Source: a virus. Taken from it: a DNA stretch of 64,000 nucleotides. The stretch lies in IMG/VR virus record IMGVR_UViG_3300009152_000030, positions 64,001-128,000 of that record; one strand, 5' to 3'. Positions 60,308 to 64,000 of this stretch are shown piece after piece. A program made the translations under genes and the position numbers. Numbering within the stretch: position 1 is the first letter of the stretch; every line of letters begins with the position of its first letter. The notes beneath the pieces were generated by a model. It did no database searches and was not told the DNA's origin. It worked only from the letters and a program-made list of their open reading frames with translations.

Positions 60308-63242
60308 AAATATAGAAAATAGCATACAAGAAATTAATTTCCCAATTAATATCTATAGCTATATTGGAGACGTAGACGAAATAAAAAAAGAATATCCAAA
60401 AGATTCAGGACTAAATTACAATAGTACTTTTGGCCAAGGTAATTTTTTCAATGAAGTTGTAGGAAATAAATTTTTTCCTGTTTATATGCCAACCAATGAA
60501 ATACCGAGATCTTCTTATCGGAGTGGTGTTGAGAACTTTAATGATTTGACTTCATCTCTTAAGGATGGAGTTTTTTACGTTAAGCCAGGAGAGTACAGTA
60601 TTCAAGGTACAGTTATGTACTTAAACTACTTAAACTATCAAAACCTAGCAACTAGTACATTGGCCCAACAGGTATTAACTCTACCAACCTATAACACTAA
60701 GCCTAGTTTAAATTTCTTTAAAGCAGCAGTGTATAAAAATGAATCTTTCTGGATGTCTCCCAGTGAACATAATATTGCCGGTGAATATAGCCCACAAAAC
60801 TATATAGGTTATAGTTTTACAAATGATCAAAATCTTTTGGTCAATAATTATGTCTATAGAGGATCAGAAATTAAATTGCCTGTTGTCAGTAAAAGATTTT
60901 ATGAAGCAGACTTTGATATATCAAGTGAAAGTTTAGAACTGCATGCAGAACTTCTTGGTGTTATTCAAGCTAAAAATGTGAAAACTACCCAATACTTTAA
61001 CTCTGTATACTCACCTATGACAGAAATAACTAGTAGTCCAGGAGTTCTTACTGATAGTAAAACACATATTGCTGTAGACACAGATGGCACTGTAGATTTC
61101 TACACTTTAAAGAACTCATATATGGAAGCTGAGCTATATGGACTTGAGCAAATTTTAAAGAAAATTGCAGATGATCCAGGTGGGCCTGGAATAAGCGAGT
61201 ATGATGGGGAAAAAGTATGTTATGTAAATAGATATAAAGGTGAAGTCTTTTTTAGTAAACGGACATTACTGGGAAATATTAGTTCCTTATCTTTGCCTAA
61301 TTTTGGTGGAACTGGTGTAGCTATTCCAAGTCAGTATTTAACAGGTGGGGAATTAGATCCTAGTGAAAATCCTTATTTTGTAATTACCTTTGATGAGCCT
61401 TCAATAGCTGCTATGTTTGATGATTGTGGTCTTGTTCGTATAACCGGAGTAGACAGCGGCTATATACCTAAGGAAAACGTTTTAATCTTTAATAAGATTG
61501 GCAGCAAGACCGTACAGTTCAGATGGCCAGACTTTGAAGAGTACTTAGGAGATCCTTTATATACAAAAGAAACATTTGGAAATAAGATTTTTATAAATCC
61601 TTATACTGCAATGCTTACTCCAGACGTAGACTCCAAAGTATATGCGCTTTATGATGCAGTAATTGAGTTTCAAAAAGAAGTTCCAATTGCCAAAAGAGAA
61701 TTTTTATTCTCAGAAATAAAGCCTTGGCTTTGGAAGAAGCAGAGAACAATTGCTGTTCTCTCAAAAAGTGAAAAGGTTTACCCTTATTACATTTCTTTAA
61801 AACCAATAGATACACCTTATCTTTATACAAAAAATGGAATCAGTGTATATGGACCATTGTACAATGGAGCAGAGATAGTTTTACTAGAAGGGCAAGTTAC
61901 ATCTTATGATGGTCAACCTGTTATTGAGTGCGATGTAACTGTAAATGTTTTAACAGGAGAAGGTAACCTTGATGGTGAAACATCAATTGTTGTAACAACA
62001 GATGACGAAGGTAAGTTTTATACTTCTTATGATCCTAAATCTTCACGAGCTGCTTGGTTAAACTTCAAAGATGGCGATATTATAAGAGGCGCAACTTCTA
62101 CAACTTTACATGCTAATAGCGACTATAATGATTCTAAGTTATTTGAATACATTAACAGTGGTGATCAAGAAGTTATTATATATACAATATTAAAAGATGA
62201 CGGTAGTCTTGGTACATTAGGTAATAGGTTAATACTTGGAAGTAAAGACTATTTACTATCTGGTATGTCTCCAAGAGAAGAATATAAGAAAATGCTAACC
62301 GGGCCCTTTGGATACCGATTTGAAGGAAGAGGATTACATGGATTTTATATTTTTGATTTTCTGAGTGAAGAAGATGTTGCTAAGTATGTTGGTGGAAAAG
62401 TTAAACTATCTTATCTCTCATACTCAGGCTCTGATACTGAGGCAGATTTTATAATTAAAGATATACAAAGTTATCCTGAAGTTTGGCGTACTGCAGATCC
62501 ACTTGTTTACCAATACCCTAAAGATATTATTGATTACCGATTTAATACTTATCTAGTTTTTATTGAAGAGATAGATACTAATGGAGTAGTAAACGCAGCG
62601 GATATAAATACTATAGGAGTAGCGTCTTTCTTCACGTCTTCAGACGTACAATATGACAACGCTAAACTGAATGGAAGAAGAGTTGTTATTGCAGAAGCAA
62701 AAACCCATCGAGAGGATTGGTTACATCCAAGTATAGATGACTATTTAATTGATAAACAAATATTTGGCCCTGTTTTTACTAGCACTTATAACTCGTACAA
62801 TAGGAGTTTTACAGTAAACTCTGTGCTACCTTTATCAGATTCAAGTGATCCAAGTAAAATAATTGCAGGATTTTCTTTATTCCCAGAAAAGTTTGCAACT
62901 TTACAAGCAACAACTCTGGGCAAATATAACATCCCAATTTACTCTAATAAAGCTCAGTTCTATATAACTTTAAATGATAGAGATAGAGGTGTTGTAAAAA
63001 CACTATTAAATAAATATGTCCCTTATGGCTTTAGAATAAGAGATGATGTGAACTACGTAGGAAGTTCGACTATAGATATGGAAACATTTCTTACAATTAA
63101 TGTAACTTCAGGAAATTCCTTTTCAAGTCATAAATTTCCTTTAATTTCCTACCTAGATGGCAATGGTATTATTTATTCAGGCACAGCATACAAAACAGAT
63201 TCTTCGTCTTTGGGCTTGACTTTAAAATCAACTGAAGATTAA
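60297..63242 (+). CDS. Large baseplate/structural protein with an Ig-like (Big_1-type) domain
   Basis: GQVTSYDGQPV...VTV...GNL...VTTDDEGKFYTSY segment. Confidence 0.55.
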   Translation: MALKNIENSIQEINFPINIYSYIGDVDEIKKEYPKDSGLNYNSTFGQGNFFNEVVGNKFFPVYMPTNEIPRSSYRSGVENFNDLTSSLKDGVFYVKPGEYSIQGTVMYLNYLNYQNLATSTLAQQVLTLPTYNTKPSLNFFKAAVYKNESFWMSPSEHNIAGEYSPQNYIGYSFTNDQNLLVNNYVYRGSEIKLPVVSKRFYEADFDISSESLELHAELLGVIQAKNVKTTQYFNSVYSPMTEITSSPGVLTDSKTHIAVDTDGTVDFYTLKNSYMEAELYGLEQILKKIADDPGGPGISEYDGEKVCYVNRYKGEVFFSKRTLLGNISSLSLPNFGGTGVAIPSQYLTGGELDPSENPYFVITFDEPSIAAMFDDCGLVRITGVDSGYIPKENVLIFNKIGSKTVQFRWPDFEEYLGDPLYTKETFGNKIFINPYTAMLTPDVDSKVYALYDAVIEFQKEVPIAKREFLFSEIKPWLWKKQRTIAVLSKSEKVYPYYISLKPIDTPYLYTKNGISVYGPLYNGAEIVLLEGQVTSYDGQPVIECDVTVNVLTGEGNLDGETSIVVTTDDEGKFYTSYDPKSSRAAWLNFKDGDIIRGATSTTLHANSDYNDSKLFEYINSGDQEVIIYTILKDDGSLGTLGNRLILGSKDYLLSGMSPREEYKKMLTGPFGYRFEGRGLHGFYIFDFLSEEDVAKYVGGKVKLSYLSYSGSDTEADFIIKDIQSYPEVWRTADPLVYQYPKDIIDYRFNTYLVFIEEIDTNGVVNAADINTIGVASFFTSSDVQYDNAKLNGRRVVIAEAKTHREDWLHPSIDDYLIDKQIFGPVFTSTYNSYNRSFTVNSVLPLSDSSDPSKIIAGFSLFPEKFATLQATTLGKYNIPIYSNKAQFYITLNDRDRGVVKTLLNKYVPYGFRIRDDVNYVGSSTIDMETFLTINVTSGNSFSSHKFPLISYLDGNGIIYSGTAYKTDSSSLGLTLKSTED

Positions 63243-63258
63243 ATATAAGGAATTATAA

Positions 63259-64000
63259 ATGAGTGATTTTCTTAAGACTCCGGCTACCAATGTAGTGTCA
63301 ACTATCTGGACGGCAGGAGAGCAGCCAACAGCAAGGAAGTTCAATGTTACGTTTAATAGCTATTATCAAGCTTTAAATACTGTATGTAAAATCCTAGGAC
63401 CCCTGGACAATGATAATCCTTCATTTAATAGTCGAGGAACCATAGTCTCTTCTTATACATATGGAAAAATGAATGATGAGGAGCGAGAGATCCTGTATGA
63501 AGATGCCGAAAAAGCTATAGTAAATAGCTTTAATCTTGCAAGAATTATTGGACCTCATGCTTCTTTAAATCCTATTTATCTTCCAGGGTCAGTGCATACA
63601 AAAGTAGAGCAGGCAACTGGATGGCTCTTGAACTCTACCAAGAAAGTTCAGCAATTACCTTTCCCACCTTATACAGCAGGAACTCCATATACACAGGCCG
63701 GTGCCAATTGGACTTGTAGTTATGACGTAGAGATATGGAGTGGTGGAGCACTATCCTCTGCTTGGAAACCAGTTCCAACACCAAGTATGGCCGTAACAAC
63801 TAAGACTAATAAGGTTTGGCATTTAAGTGTTGATGGAACACTTTACTCCAATCAAGCTTTTACTTCTGGAGATTACATCAAGTATACTTTACGTGTCCCT
63901 AATACATTTGGAGTGCTAGATTCAGGTTACAATTGCATTCCTGACTTGTCTATTTTTTCTCTAACCGATTATGCGCGTGGGATTTTATACGACGAATTGG
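63259..64000 (+). CDS. Structural (baseplate/fibre-attachment) protein, 3'-truncated by the window edge
   Basis: AAGGA RBS and ATG at 63259 (MSDFLKTPATNVVSTIWTAGEQPTARKFN...). Hand translation shows no stop before the end of the window. Confidence 0.7.
   Translation, partial: MSDFLKTPATNVVSTIWTAGEQPTARKFNVTFNSYYQALNTVCKILGPLDNDNPSFNSRGTIVSSYTYGKMNDEEREILYEDAEKAIVNSFNLARIIGPHASLNPIYLPGSVHTKVEQATGWLLNSTKKVQQLPFPPYTAGTPYTQAGANWTCSYDVEIWSGGALSSAWKPVPTPSMAVTTKTNKVWHLSVDGTLYSNQAFTSGDYIKYTLRVPNTFGVLDSGYNCIPDLSIFSLTDYARGILYDEL

Noticed and set aside
248-61830. Numerous minus-strand and alternate-frame ORFs of 60-170 aa in the ORF track
   Set aside because: They overlap long + strand genes wholly or largely, show no recognisable motifs, and read as antisense or frame shadows.

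Overview
This 64 kb window is the virion morphogenesis module of a large, AT-rich tailed phage with a contractile tail. Every credible gene is on the + strand and reads in the standard code. Gene order: two tandem paralogous membrane/ejection-type proteins; terminase large subunit; portal, apparently extendable by a -1 slip into a Mu gpF/SPP1 gp7-like domain; a multidomain prohead protease; a Dps ferritin-like protein with an acidic scaffold-like tail; decoration protein; major capsid protein; neck proteins; tail sheath; three tube-like paralogues; tail chaperones; two giant proteins; a hub region broken up by three peptidoglycan-hydrolase modules; and baseplate wedge genes. One of the giant proteins carries the DFDGD motif of two-barrel RNA polymerases. 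The strongest candidates for new biology are four. (1) A capsid iron/redox cargo system: Dps in the scaffold gene position, a HiPIP-like 4-Cys domain in the protease, and recurring [ILVM]-x-D candidate cleavage sites. (2) A single-chain virion RNA polymerase with terminal hydrophobic segments, encoded in the tail operon. (3) An A10 slip site joining the portal to the gpF-like domain. (4) Paralogous proteins combining a His-Gly/Cys protease-like motif, an internal signal-peptide-like segment and a conserved C-terminus. All family calls come from recognising motifs by eye; no database searches were run. No tRNA, rRNA, CRISPR array, integrase or transposase was seen.
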